Positions 9,897 through 19,150 of a stretch of 53,447 nucleotides of DNA are shown here, piece after piece. The stretch is from Verrucomicrobiia bacterium. GTDB lineage: Bacteria; Verrucomicrobiota; Verrucomicrobiia; Limisphaerales; UBA11358. Within the stretch, counting starts at the first letter, position 1. Each line of letters starts with the position of its first letter. The stretch is from contig JASHPN010000208.1 of the NCBI GenBank assembly GCA_030038175.1, positions 1 to 53,447 of the forward strand. The letters run 5' to 3'. Position numbers and translations under genes: made by a program. The notes below the pieces were generated by a model, which was not told the DNA's origin, ran no database searches, and saw only the letters and a list, made by a program, of their open reading frames with translations.

Positions 9897-11615
9897 TTAT
9901 TCGTCGTTTGTGAAAATTGCCTGCAACGTATTGAGATCGTGCCGTGTGGCAAATTTTTGGAATGATTCGCCCGAAGCGCGTCTCCGCAAATATCCCCTTA
10001 ACATCTTTTCGAGCGTCGGTTTCAGTTCCTCCGCCGACACGCCGGAAAAAATCTGGCGGCCGACCGATTGGTTTGCGCCAAAACCGCCGCCGATAAAAAC
10101 ATGATAGCCGTCCTCTCCGCGAACTTTTGTGCCCAGCAACCCAATGTCCCCGATGTAATGCTGGGCGCAGGAATTGGGACAACCGGTTAGATGGATGTTG
10201 ATGGGATTATCCAGCGTTAGCCGCTTATCGAGATAATCGCCCAGCGCCAGGGCGTGTGCTTTGGTGTTCGACTGCGCGTATTTGCAATAGGAATTTCCGG
10301 TACAGGCGACGATGCTGCCGCGCAATAAACTTTGTTGCGTATCAAAGCCAATTTTTCTTAACGCTTTCCTGACCGTTTCGACGTAGGGATCGGAAACGTT
10401 GGGAATGATGAAATTTTGCCAAACCGTCAGGCGGATTTCGCCGGAACCGTAGAGGTCCGCGATTTCCGCGACGCGGACCATTTGTTTTGGGGTGATTTGG
10501 CCCACCGGCATTGCGACCCCGACATAATTCAGACCTTTCTGCTTTTGCGGATAAACACCCAGGTGGGTATGCGGCAATCGCGTTTCACCATAGTCCGGCT
10601 TCGCATCCGCGGAAGCGCGCTGCAATGTGCGCCCAAGCAGTTTTTCCGTCTCGGCCAGATACTTTTCCAGCGACCAGGTTTCGAGCAAATGTTTAAGCCG
10701 GGCCTTTTTGCGGTCGCCGCGATTGCCGTTGGCGATATAGACACGAGCGATGGCAACAATAACCTTGTTCAACTCCTCCGGCTCGACCAGGACGCCCAGA
10801 TCGCGGGCGAAGGCCTTATGCCCCGTGGCTCCGCCGAGCGCGATCCGAAAGAAAATGGCGTCACCGACTTTCACCGCTTTGGCGCCAACATCATTGGTGT
10901 CCTCCACCGCGCCAATCAATCCGCCGCCATCAAAGGCGATATTGAATTTGCGCGGCAAATCATAAAACGAACGGTCATTGATGATGGTTTGCGCGAGTTG
11001 CTGGCAAAAAGGCATGACGTCAATCAGTTCGTGCGGGTCAATCCCGGCTGTGGGATTGGCGGTAAGATTGCGGATGTTGTCCGCGCCCGCGCCGCGCGTG
11101 TGGAGGCCAATAGACTGAATCCGGCGCAACATTTCCGGGCAATCCCTGGGTTGAACCAGCCGCATTTGGAAATTCGCCCGGGTGGTGATTTGCACGTAAC
11201 CGCTGGTGAGTTCTTTTGCGACGCCGGCGAGTTCGCGAAGTTGGAACGTTTTTACCACTCCGCCCGGAATCCGGAGTCTTGCCATGAATGCTTCTTTATT
11301 AGGGGAGAGAAAAAACAAGCCATTCCACTTAAATCGAAAAATTTGCTCTTTGTCGGGAGGTTTGTTGGCGAGCGCATTTTCAAAAATCTGATCGTGCGCG
11401 TCGAGCGGGTGCAGTTCGCGCTTGACCCGTTCTTCAAAAATCAACTCGTCCAAAGAGGCTTTCTTTTCGACAATGGGCGCCGGCTCGACATCGGAGAATT
11501 TGACGCCCTGGGCCGCAAGGCCGGCGAAGAAACCGTCGAGATATTTGCGCTGCTCCTCGTTGAGCGATTCTCCGTTAATGTGCTGGAGAGGAACCAGATT
11601 CATCTTAATAGACAT
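9897..11615 (-). CDS. nirA: Siroheme nitrite reductase, NirA type
   Basis: QITTRANFQ, LPRKFNI, ACTGNSYC...GCPNSC siroheme/4Fe-4S ligands; operon context. Confidence 0.92.
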   Translation of the reverse strand: MSIKMNLVPLQHINGESLNEEQRKYLDGFFAGLAAQGVKFSDVEPAPIVEKKASLDELIFEERVKRELHPLDAHDQIFENALANKPPDKEQIFRFKWNGLFFLSPNKEAFMARLRIPGGVVKTFQLRELAGVAKELTSGYVQITTRANFQMRLVQPRDCPEMLRRIQSIGLHTRGAGADNIRNLTANPTAGIDPHELIDVMPFCQQLAQTIINDRSFYDLPRKFNIAFDGGGLIGAVEDTNDVGAKAVKVGDAIFFRIALGGATGHKAFARDLGVLVEPEELNKVIVAIARVYIANGNRGDRKKARLKHLLETWSLEKYLAETEKLLGRTLQRASADAKPDYGETRLPHTHLGVYPQKQKGLNYVGVAMPVGQITPKQMVRVAEIADLYGSGEIRLTVWQNFIIPNVSDPYVETVRKALRKIGFDTQQSLLRGSIVACTGNSYCKYAQSNTKAHALALGDYLDKRLTLDNPINIHLTGCPNSCAQHYIGDIGLLGTKVRGEDGYHVFIGGGFGANQSVGRQIFSGVSAEELKPTLEKMLRGYLRRRASGESFQKFATRHDLNTLQAIFTNDE

Positions 11616-13353
11616 CCCGTTGATATCGCTTTTCCGATTTCATTTTCACGACATAGGCTTTTGCTTCTTCCGTGCTTTTGCCGCCGCCGGTCTCAATGAT
11701 TTTGTGCAAAGCCTCATCCACGTCTTTGGCCATCCTGCCGGCATCACCGCACACATAAAAGTGAGCGCCCGTGTCGAGCCACGACCAAAGTTCGCCTGCG
11801 CTTTCGAGCATTCGATGTTGAACGTAAATTTTTTCAGCCTGGTCCCGGGAAAAGGCCGTGCACAGTTTTGTCAAATGCCCGTCGGAGAACATCTGTTCCA
11901 GCTCATCGCGATAGTAAAAATCGCTTGCCGCTTTTTGCTCACCGAAGAAAAGCCAGTTGCGGCCCCGGTCGCCGGACGCGCGGCGTTCGTGGAGAAATGC
12001 ACGAAAGGGAGCTACACCGGTGCCGGGGCCAATCATGATGACCGGCACGTTGCCATCCACCGGCAGGCGAAAGCCATGCGAGGACTGGATAAAAACCGGA
12101 ATTTGGCCGTCAACCGTTGCCCGATCCGCCAGAAACATGGAAGCCAGCCCTCCACGCCGGCGTCCAAAACTTTCATAACGCACTATATTGACGGTGAGAT
12201 GCACCTGGCCCGCATGCGATTTGGGACTGGATGAAATGGAATACAACCGCGGTTGCAAGGGCTTGAGCAATGCAATCAATTCGCCGGCGGAAAGTTTCAC
12301 GCCGGGATTTTCATTCAACAGGTCAATTACCCAGCGGCCCCACAACCATTTTTTAAGCTCCTCTTTGGCTTCCTGAGCGAGCAGTTTCGGCAACAAAGCG
12401 TTGTGCTTCGCCAGATGCTGCAAGAGTTCCTGGCCCGGTTTAGTGATGTCTAATTTTTCCGAAAGGGCGCGGCGCAACGGAAATTCGCCACCGGAAATTT
12501 TTACCAGTTCTTCGCCACTGAAACCGAGGCGCTCAAGTATTTCTCCGACGAGAACAGGACAATTTGCCGGCCACACGCCCAGCGCATCGCCCGCCTCATA
12601 TTTCAGCCCGGAGCCTTCAAGGGAAATTTCAAAATGACGGGTTTCTTTTTGCGAGCCTTCGGCGCTAAGTTTGCGGTTCGTGATCAGCCGGGCGAAGAAA
12701 GGGTTCGTCTTTGACCATTCCTTAATGGTGGCAGCCGTTTCTGCTTCAACCGTTGCGGTTCCATTTTGTCCGGATGTAAAAACATCCAGTACGCCGCTTG
12801 TCCATTCCTTTGCCCTGGCCTCATAATCCACGTCGCAGTCCGTGCGAGGATAGAGTCTTTTGGCGCCGAGTTCTTCCAGGCGGCCATCTATTTTCTTTCC
12901 AGCGGCGCAAAAATTCTCGTAATTTGAATCGCCCAGCGCAAGCACCGAGAAATTCAGGTGTGCGAGTGATTTCGCATTTTCGGTCTGGAGCCACTCCCAA
13001 AAGTTCTGCGCATTGTCGGGCATGTCTCCGTCGCCATAAGTGCTGGTTACGATCAAGAGGTTCGTTTCTGTTTTCCAGTCAATTGTGGCGTGCGCGCTGG
13101 AATCAACAACCCGGGGACTGCAACCATGCGCTTGGGACTCTTTTGCGATCTTTTTCGCAATTTTTTCCGCCGTGCCGGTCTGGCTCCCGAATAAGACCAG
13201 AAGCGGCAACGTGGGTGCCGCCTGGTCCACGCCGGCGCCATTTGCCGGGGCATAATGTTTTCCGGCGAGCAAACCAGCCATATAGCCGTTGAGCCAAAGC
13301 CGTTGCTCGGAGCTAAACGGCGCATTTTGGGGAATGAAAACAACGTTTTCCAT
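11605..13353 (-). CDS. CysJ-like diflavin (FMN/FAD) NAD(P)H oxidoreductase, probable electron donor for nitrate/nitrite reductases
   Basis: Flavodoxin FGSQTGTAE and STYGDGD, RLYSISSS, GPGTGVAPFRAF, YVCGDAG, RYQRDVY terminus. Confidence 0.92.
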   Translation of the reverse strand: MENVVFIPQNAPFSSEQRLWLNGYMAGLLAGKHYAPANGAGVDQAAPTLPLLVLFGSQTGTAEKIAKKIAKESQAHGCSPRVVDSSAHATIDWKTETNLLIVTSTYGDGDMPDNAQNFWEWLQTENAKSLAHLNFSVLALGDSNYENFCAAGKKIDGRLEELGAKRLYPRTDCDVDYEARAKEWTSGVLDVFTSGQNGTATVEAETAATIKEWSKTNPFFARLITNRKLSAEGSQKETRHFEISLEGSGLKYEAGDALGVWPANCPVLVGEILERLGFSGEELVKISGGEFPLRRALSEKLDITKPGQELLQHLAKHNALLPKLLAQEAKEELKKWLWGRWVIDLLNENPGVKLSAGELIALLKPLQPRLYSISSSPKSHAGQVHLTVNIVRYESFGRRRGGLASMFLADRATVDGQIPVFIQSSHGFRLPVDGNVPVIMIGPGTGVAPFRAFLHERRASGDRGRNWLFFGEQKAASDFYYRDELEQMFSDGHLTKLCTAFSRDQAEKIYVQHRMLESAGELWSWLDTGAHFYVCGDAGRMAKDVDEALHKIIETGGGKSTEEAKAYVVKMKSEKRYQRDVY

Positions 13354-13374
13354 TGAAATATAACAATTTAAAGA

Positions 13375-14622
13375 TCATGCCGGTTCGGCGTTTTCCGGAG
13401 TTGAAAGCTCACCGTGTGGGACGGCGCGGCCATGCCGGCCGATCCACACGCCCGTCCAACCTGATTGGGCGACGCTGAGAATGACCAGCGCCACAACCGC
13501 CAGGCCGGCCAACGCCATCAATCCGCTGGCATAACTGCCGCTGATTTGCTTCAGCGAACCCAGCAGGATCGGCAGGCAAAATCCACCCACGCCACCCGCC
13601 GCGCCAAAGATTCCGGTGGCGATACCCACGCGCCGTCCAAACCGCTGGGGCACGAGTTGAAAGACGGAACCGTTGCCGACACCAAGACAGGCCATGAGCA
13701 GAAAGAACAAGACCGTGACCAGATCGAGCGCCGGCAGTTGCGCAGCACCCAGCGCAAGCAGTGAAATCACACCGTAAAGAACGGCCAGGACCCGGACGCC
13801 TCCGAGCCGGTCCGCCAGAAAACCGCCCACGGGACGCAAGAAGCTTCCCGCCATGACGCACAGCGCGGTCAGATCGCCCGCCGTTACTTTGGATACGCCG
13901 TATTGGTCACGCAACAGAATCGAAAGGAAACTGGCAAGCCCGACGAATCCACCGAAGGTCACCGCGTAGAAAACGCTGAAGAGATAAGTGTCAGGCTCCT
14001 TGAGCATGCTCATAAATTCCGAACGATCGCTCGTTTTGCGCGTTCCCGGCGCTTCTTTGGCCAGCGAGATGAATACGCTCGCAGCGATCAGCAATGGCAG
14101 AATTGCCAATCCAAATACGGTGTGCCACCCATATGCCTCCGCGAGTCGCGGCGCGAAGAAGGTTGCAAACACGGTTCCTGAATTTCCCGCCCCGGCGATG
14201 CCCATGGCCAATCCCTGGTGCCTGGCCGGATACCATCGGCTGGCCAGCGGCAAGGCCGCCGCAAAACTCGCTCCCGCGACCCCCAACAACAACCCAACAC
14301 AATAGATTCTGCCAAGGGAATCCGCCCACAACCATCCGCCCAGCAGCGGCAGTATCGTCGCGGCCAGTCCCAAACAACCGGTTTTTTTGGGTCCAATACG
14401 GTCGGTCAATTGTCCAAACACCAATCGAAGGATGGAACCGCCCAGCAAGGGAACCGCCGTCATCAATCCCTTTTGCGCCGGGCTGAGCCCCAGGTCCGCG
14501 GCTACGTAATTGCCGAGCGCGCCCAGAAGCACCCAGATCATGAAACTAACGTCAAAGTAAAGAAACGCGCTAAACAGGGTGGGCAGATGCCCCGATTTCC
14601 AGAATGATTTTTCGCTTTTCAT
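13375..14622 (-). CDS. NarK/NasA-type MFS nitrate/nitrite transporter
   Basis: About 12 TM segments; GVAGASFAA, GAGNSG, RPVGGFLADRLGG, GNGSVFQLVPQRF signatures. Confidence 0.92.
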   Translation of the reverse strand: MKSEKSFWKSGHLPTLFSAFLYFDVSFMIWVLLGALGNYVAADLGLSPAQKGLMTAVPLLGGSILRLVFGQLTDRIGPKKTGCLGLAATILPLLGGWLWADSLGRIYCVGLLLGVAGASFAAALPLASRWYPARHQGLAMGIAGAGNSGTVFATFFAPRLAEAYGWHTVFGLAILPLLIAASVFISLAKEAPGTRKTSDRSEFMSMLKEPDTYLFSVFYAVTFGGFVGLASFLSILLRDQYGVSKVTAGDLTALCVMAGSFLRPVGGFLADRLGGVRVLAVLYGVISLLALGAAQLPALDLVTVLFFLLMACLGVGNGSVFQLVPQRFGRRVGIATGIFGAAGGVGGFCLPILLGSLKQISGSYASGLMALAGLAVVALVILSVAQSGWTGVWIGRHGRAVPHGELSTPENAEPA

Positions 14623-14643
14623 GTTTGGCAAGGGGTTCATCAA

Positions 14644-15738
14644 TCAGTTTAAACAGGGAACAAGTTCGGGCGGGACCTGGCTTCTAAAACGGAGACGGCG
14701 GGCCTGGTTGAAAATGTCCGGCCGGAAAACTTTGCGGGCCAGATTTACATTCAACCGGAATGGCTCTTTGCACAGGCCGCTCGTACGGACCAATCCCAGC
14801 ACCCAGGCCGCGTTGTCGGCGGAGGGTTCATTGGCGTCCGGCCCGTTAAAAATACAAAACCGTTCAACCAGCCGGGAAACGTTGTGCCCAAAATCCAGTT
14901 CCCCGTTGATTCCGTGACGCAATGCGCTCGAAGAAACGCCGATATATTCCGGTTGCGAAAGGACGGAAATGACGTCGCCCTGGTTTTCAACCGCGGCGCA
15001 AAACTCGCAGGCCTCCAACAATGCGGCAATTAACGTGACGTGTTCCCCGGCGCGCCCCTCGGCAAAATCGCGGCGAATCATCAGGATTTTCTCCGGATGG
15101 CCCGGGTCCAATTCCGCGCTCGTCGCGACAATCCAGCCCGCCCGCGATTGCACAGCAACCGAGTTCCAGGGTTCGCCCGCGCAAAAGCCGTCCAAATGGC
15201 CCGCCAGCAAATTTGACGCCATTTGCGGCGGCGGCACGATCACGATGCGCACGTCCCGGTCCGGGGTAATCCCGTGGGAAATGAACCATCGGCGCAAGAG
15301 CTGGCGGTGCGACGAAAAAGGATGAACCGCGCCAAAGGTGAGTACTCTCTCCCGGCGGGCGCGCCTGATTTCTTCACCCAGCGTTCGGCCGTCACGGACG
15401 CCGCGTTTCCACAGTTCGTTGGAGAGAGTGATGGCATTGCCATGGAGATTCAGCACCAGCGCGGTCAGGCAGTCACAGGCAATCGAACCCAGGCCCAGCG
15501 TGGCCGCCACCGGCATGGCCGCCAGGGCGTGCGCGGCGTCCAGTTCGCCGTAAATGATCTTGTCCCGTACCGTCGCCCAGCCCAGTTCGCGGCTCAAGGC
15601 AACGCGCAGGCCGTATTTCTGAAACAGGCCAAGCTCCTGCGCCATGACGATTGGAGCGCAGTCCGTCAGCGGCACAAAACCCAGCCGCAACACCCTGCGC
15701 GGCGGAGTCAAAATCACTGTCTGGCTCTTTTTAAACAC
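14644..15738 (-). CDS. NrtA/CmpA/NasS-family nitrate-binding protein lacking a signal peptide
   Basis: LRLGFVPLTDCAP, GFCAGEPWNS, HPEKIL; GTG start; no Tat/Sec leader visible. Confidence 0.88.
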   Translation of the reverse strand: MFKKSQTVILTPPRRVLRLGFVPLTDCAPIVMAQELGLFQKYGLRVALSRELGWATVRDKIIYGELDAAHALAAMPVAATLGLGSIACDCLTALVLNLHGNAITLSNELWKRGVRDGRTLGEEIRRARRERVLTFGAVHPFSSHRQLLRRWFISHGITPDRDVRIVIVPPPQMASNLLAGHLDGFCAGEPWNSVAVQSRAGWIVATSAELDPGHPEKILMIRRDFAEGRAGEHVTLIAALLEACEFCAAVENQGDVISVLSQPEYIGVSSSALRHGINGELDFGHNVSRLVERFCIFNGPDANEPSADNAAWVLGLVRTSGLCKEPFRLNVNLARKVFRPDIFNQARRLRFRSQVPPELVPCLN

Positions 15739-15771
15739 TGGCGCCCTTTCTTCACGGTCGTCAGAGCATTA

Positions 15772-15787
15772 AGCGACGGCTGTGCCA
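15772..15787 (-). promoter_or_regulatory. sigma54 (-24/-12) promoter of the nitrate operon
   Basis: Minus strand reads TGGCACAGCCGTCGCT, with canonical GG-N10-GC spacing, 33 bp upstream of the first gene. Confidence 0.75.
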
Positions 15788-15853
15788 AAAAGGGTTTTTG
15801 GCGCGATGACTGCTACGCTTAATTCAGATGGAAATGATGAAAAGGATTCATAG

Positions 15854-16768
15854 ATGAAGGCTCCCCTCGATAGCAGGCAGTTGCGCGCGTTCTGTGTCCT
15901 GGCCCGTACGGGCAGCTTCACCCAAACCGCGCGCGAGCTGCATCTGACCCAAAGCGGCATCAGCCACTCCATGAGAGCGCTCGAAGCGGATTCGGGCTGT
16001 CGCCTTTTAGACAGGTTGGGCAAAAAAGTGGCGCTGACGCAGGCGGGCGAACAGCTTTTGAAACATGCGGAAAAAATTTTATCGGAAATGGATGCCGCGC
16101 GGGAATCGCTGTCGCAGCTCGGCAAATGGGGGAAGGGGCGATTGCGTCTCGGCGGGACCACCACCGTGTGCCAGCACATCATTCCCCCGGTGCTGCGCGA
16201 GTTCAAAGAAAGTTTTCCGGACCACGCCATTTCGCTCGAACCCGGCGATACCCCGGAATTGATTTCGGCGCTGCTGCGGCATCGGATTGATCTCGCCCTT
16301 TCACTGGAACCGGAGGGAGAGCCGCAACTCGAATTTCACGCGTTGTTCACGGACGAGTTGCATTTTATCGTTTCCGCGCTGCATCCGTGGGCGCAGGCGC
16401 GCCGCGTGGGACGCGACGAAATTCCGCGTCAGAATTACATTCTTTACAGCAAACGCAGTATTACGTTCCGGCTTATCGAAGATTATTTTCGGCGCGAGCA
16501 AATGATTTTGAACACGGTCTTTGAAGTCGGCAGCATGGATGCGACGAAAGAGCTGGTGAAACTTGGCCTGGGCATCAGTATTCTGGCGCCCTGGATTGCC
16601 CGCAAAGAAATCGAAGAGGGTTCGCTGGTGGCGTTGCCTTTGGGACGGCGAAAACTCGAGCGACGCTGGGGCATTTTACACTGGCGCGGCAAGCGGCTTA
16701 ACCTGGCTGAAGAGACTTTTATCGGATTATGCAAATCAGCGTGTCTGCCATTGCAGAAATCCGGATGA
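15854..16768 (+). CDS. LysR-family transcriptional regulator
   Basis: GSFTQTARELHLTQSGISHSMRALE HTH plus substrate-binding domain; divergent from nitrate operon. Confidence 0.95.
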   Translation: MKAPLDSRQLRAFCVLARTGSFTQTARELHLTQSGISHSMRALEADSGCRLLDRLGKKVALTQAGEQLLKHAEKILSEMDAARESLSQLGKWGKGRLRLGGTTTVCQHIIPPVLREFKESFPDHAISLEPGDTPELISALLRHRIDLALSLEPEGEPQLEFHALFTDELHFIVSALHPWAQARRVGRDEIPRQNYILYSKRSITFRLIEDYFRREQMILNTVFEVGSMDATKELVKLGLGISILAPWIARKEIEEGSLVALPLGRRKLERRWGILHWRGKRLNLAEETFIGLCKSACLPLQKSG

Positions 16769-16832
16769 TAGAAACGCTGGACAGGCGCGAAAAATTCGCC
16801 TACATCGGCACCGGTCAAAACAACATTGTCTT

Positions 16833-17114
16833 ATGCCAGAACAAAGCGCATCGCCGCCAACGTTTAGGTCATCGGTGGTTTTGTGGTTTCAGCTTGCCGG
16901 CCACCCGGCCACGGTGAAACGCGCGTTGCTCACCGCCTTGATCGTCGGTTCCATCCTCATCGCGATCAACCACGGACCGGCCATCCTCTCCGGCCAGCTC
17001 AACCGCGCCCATATCATCCAAATGTGCCTCACGGTCCTCGTTCCGTACACTGTCTCGACCGTCTCCAGTGTTTCCACCCGAAAGGAGTTGGCGAGAAAGG
17101 CAACGGGGAAGTAG
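16833..17114 (+). CDS. nrtS: NrtS-family small nitrate/nitrite transporter
   Basis: ALIVGSILIAINHG...LTVLVPYTVSTVSSV pattern, two TM helices; nitrate context. Confidence 0.75.
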   Translation: MPEQSASPPTFRSSVVLWFQLAGHPATVKRALLTALIVGSILIAINHGPAILSGQLNRAHIIQMCLTVLVPYTVSTVSSVSTRKELARKATGK

Positions 17115-17180
17115 AAGCGGCAGGCTGTTTAATGAGTTGGTAAAGCAAAGGATGCCAGGCTGGCTGGCTGGTAAACCCCC

Positions 17181-17214
17181 TTGACTGTGCTTGGAGGGCG
17201 GTTAAAGTAATTAC
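17181..17214 (+). promoter_or_regulatory. Putative sigma70 promoter and operator of the TA operon
   Basis: TTGACT-N16-TAAAGT ending 6 nt before ATG; GTAATTAC palindrome at 17207-17214. Confidence 0.5.
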
Positions 17215-17475
17215 ATGATTACAAATGCCACGGCAACCTTGTTGAATCGCAGGCCGTCTAAAGTGCTTGGACGCGCCGAACGCGGGGAAACTGTAGTCAT
17301 TGAAAAATTTGGCGAGCCGTGCGCCGTAATCATTCCGCTTCCACGCAAAACTTCCGGAGCGCAAATTGCAAAACGTCTTCGTCGTTTGAAGCCGATGCCG
17401 GGAGCAGCGAATGCCATAGAAAATATTATCAAGGACATGGATGATGTCAGCCGACACTCCTATGGTCTTGATTGA
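17215..17475 (+). CDS. Phd/YefM-type antitoxin
   Basis: ATLLNRRPSKVLGRAERGETVVIEKFGEPCAVIIP pattern; overlaps the downstream PIN gene. Confidence 0.8.
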   Translation: MITNATATLLNRRPSKVLGRAERGETVVIEKFGEPCAVIIPLPRKTSGAQIAKRLRRLKPMPGAANAIENIIKDMDDVSRHSYGLD

Positions 17476-17890
17476 CTCATCCATCCTTATCAAAGGACAG
17501 CGAGACCCGCTGTGGTTTCAGTCTGTCATTGAGAACCATGACGACTTGGCGACATGTGACGCCGCAGTGGGCGAATTTGAAGTTGGCCTCTACGCACCAC
17601 GCGAGAAAAAGACGCGCGAACAAGTGCGCCAATTTTACAAAGCCGTGATTGTGCCTCTCATGCGGCTTCCCCACTTGCCGGATGATTTCCGGGAAGCTTC
17701 GCGGCTGATCGGCGAAGCAATTTTCAAGAGCGCGGCCAAACCCTCCTTTTCCGATGGGCTCATCGCTGCCTGCGCGCGTCGAACAAATCGAATTGTATGG
17801 ACAACCGACGAAACTGATTTTCTGGCAATGGGCTGCCAAACCTTCAATCCCTGGGAACCGTCAGGGCAACGGTCCGGGAAGCAATCCTGA
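17462..17890 (+). CDS. vapC: PIN-domain (VapC-like) toxin
   Basis: VLIDSSILI, VGEFEVG, SFSDGLIAACA, WTTDETDF conserved acidic PIN residues. Confidence 0.88.
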   Translation: MVLIDSSILIKGQRDPLWFQSVIENHDDLATCDAAVGEFEVGLYAPREKKTREQVRQFYKAVIVPLMRLPHLPDDFREASRLIGEAIFKSAAKPSFSDGLIAACARRTNRIVWTTDETDFLAMGCQTFNPWEPSGQRSGKQS

Positions 17891-17920
17891 GGACGCCGCA
17901 GAAAATTAACCAGACATAAA

Positions 17921-18526
17921 ATGCCGCCAATGTCTATTGAATATCGGGTCGATTGTATTGGCGAGCGGCTTCGAATTTTGAAGCAGCGCCTGATTGAGAA
18001 TGGTTTTCATTTCGATCGCAACGACGAAGTGCTCCCTGGGCCGAAACACGATACGGACGAAGCGATTCAAAGGATTGAAAGTGAAATCGGCACAGTGCCC
18101 GTCGCCCTTAAGCTTTTCTGGAAACGAGTGGGAAGCGTGGATTTTTGTGGTAGCCATCCAGAGTGGGTGGGATGTCCGGACTGCGATCCAGAATTGTATC
18201 CGGATCCAATAGTGGTTTACCCGCCGTCCATTGCGAATGAGGAGTTGAATGAATTTCTCTCGGACAAGGAGGAGCGCTTGAGACGCAATTTGCCCTATGT
18301 CGTGCCAATTGCGCCAGACTTTTACCACAAAGCGGATGTAAGCGGAGGAATGTTTTATAATGTTTCCGTTCCGGCCAATGTCGATGATCCGCCCTTGAAT
18401 GACGAATGGCACAAGGCAACGTTTTTAAACTATTTGGAAATCGCGGCAAAATGGGCCGGTTTTCCAGGTTTGGAACGGCATCCGAAACACACTTGGCCAA
18501 TTGCGAAGCTGGTCGAAGGAGTTTAA
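17921..18526 (+). CDS. Hypothetical protein, SMI1/KNR4 (SUKH)-like
   Basis: AIQRIESEIGTVPVALKLFWKRVGSVDF resembles the SUKH N-terminal helices. Confidence 0.55.
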   Translation: MPPMSIEYRVDCIGERLRILKQRLIENGFHFDRNDEVLPGPKHDTDEAIQRIESEIGTVPVALKLFWKRVGSVDFCGSHPEWVGCPDCDPELYPDPIVVYPPSIANEELNEFLSDKEERLRRNLPYVVPIAPDFYHKADVSGGMFYNVSVPANVDDPPLNDEWHKATFLNYLEIAAKWAGFPGLERHPKHTWPIAKLVEGV

Positions 18527-19068
18527 TGTGGCCCGCCCACGCCGATGTTGTGCTTCAAACAATAGGCCGCATTGCCGACGTATTTTTCCGCCCACCATTT
18601 TAATCCGGCGCGTTCTTTCCTCGTCAGCGGGCGAACGACTTTCGCGGGCGCCCCGAGCACGAGGGAACCGGGCGGGACTTTCGTCCCTTGCGTGACCAGC
18701 GCTTTAGCGCCAATCAGCGATTGTTTGCCGATGACCGAGCCGTCCAGGATGACCGCGCCCATGCCCACCAGAACTTCGTCGCCAATTTTGCAGGCGTGGA
18801 CAATCGCGCCGTGGCCGACGGTGACCCAATTGCCGACGATGCAGGGAAAATCATCGGCCAGGTGAAGAACGGCGCTGTCCTGGATGTTGGTATGATGGCC
18901 GACGATGATGCGATTGATGTCGCCGCGCAGCACGGCGCCGTACCAGACGCTCGAATGCGCGCCCAGGGTCACATCGCCAATAACGGTCGCGGTTTTCGCG
19001 ATGAAAACGCCCTTGCCAAGCTTCGGAGTTTTGCGAAGAAATTTGTCAAGCTGCTCATCCATATTCAT
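18523..19068 (-). CDS. Gamma-carbonic anhydrase family protein (YrdA-like)
   Basis: Hexapeptide repeats, VLRGDIN, NIQD, TVGHGAIVHAC metal ligands; alternative start 19062. Confidence 0.93.
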   Translation of the reverse strand: MNMDEQLDKFLRKTPKLGKGVFIAKTATVIGDVTLGAHSSVWYGAVLRGDINRIIVGHHTNIQDSAVLHLADDFPCIVGNWVTVGHGAIVHACKIGDEVLVGMGAVILDGSVIGKQSLIGAKALVTQGTKVPPGSLVLGAPAKVVRPLTRKERAGLKWWAEKYVGNAAYCLKHNIGVGGPH

Positions 19069-19150
19069 CCAGGGCAGCTTACGCGCTTTTCAAAGATTGT
19101 AAAAATGAAATGAGATTTGTTCGCATTGAAACCCGTGTTAAAATATTTGC

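Noticed and set aside
9871-10182. N-terminal extension of the nitrate reductase ORF
   Set aside because: Overlaps the nirA 3' end in another frame; the Fe-S motif starts just after ATG 9870.
10416-12234. Long plus-strand ORFs (427 and 270 aa)
   Set aside because: Antisense to nirA and the flavoprotein; typical of high-GC codon bias.
13354-14650. ANTAR (NasT/NasR) dual-hairpin leader in the nitrate operon
   Set aside because: Intergenic gaps are only about 20 bp, and no twin-hairpin plus terminator was seen.
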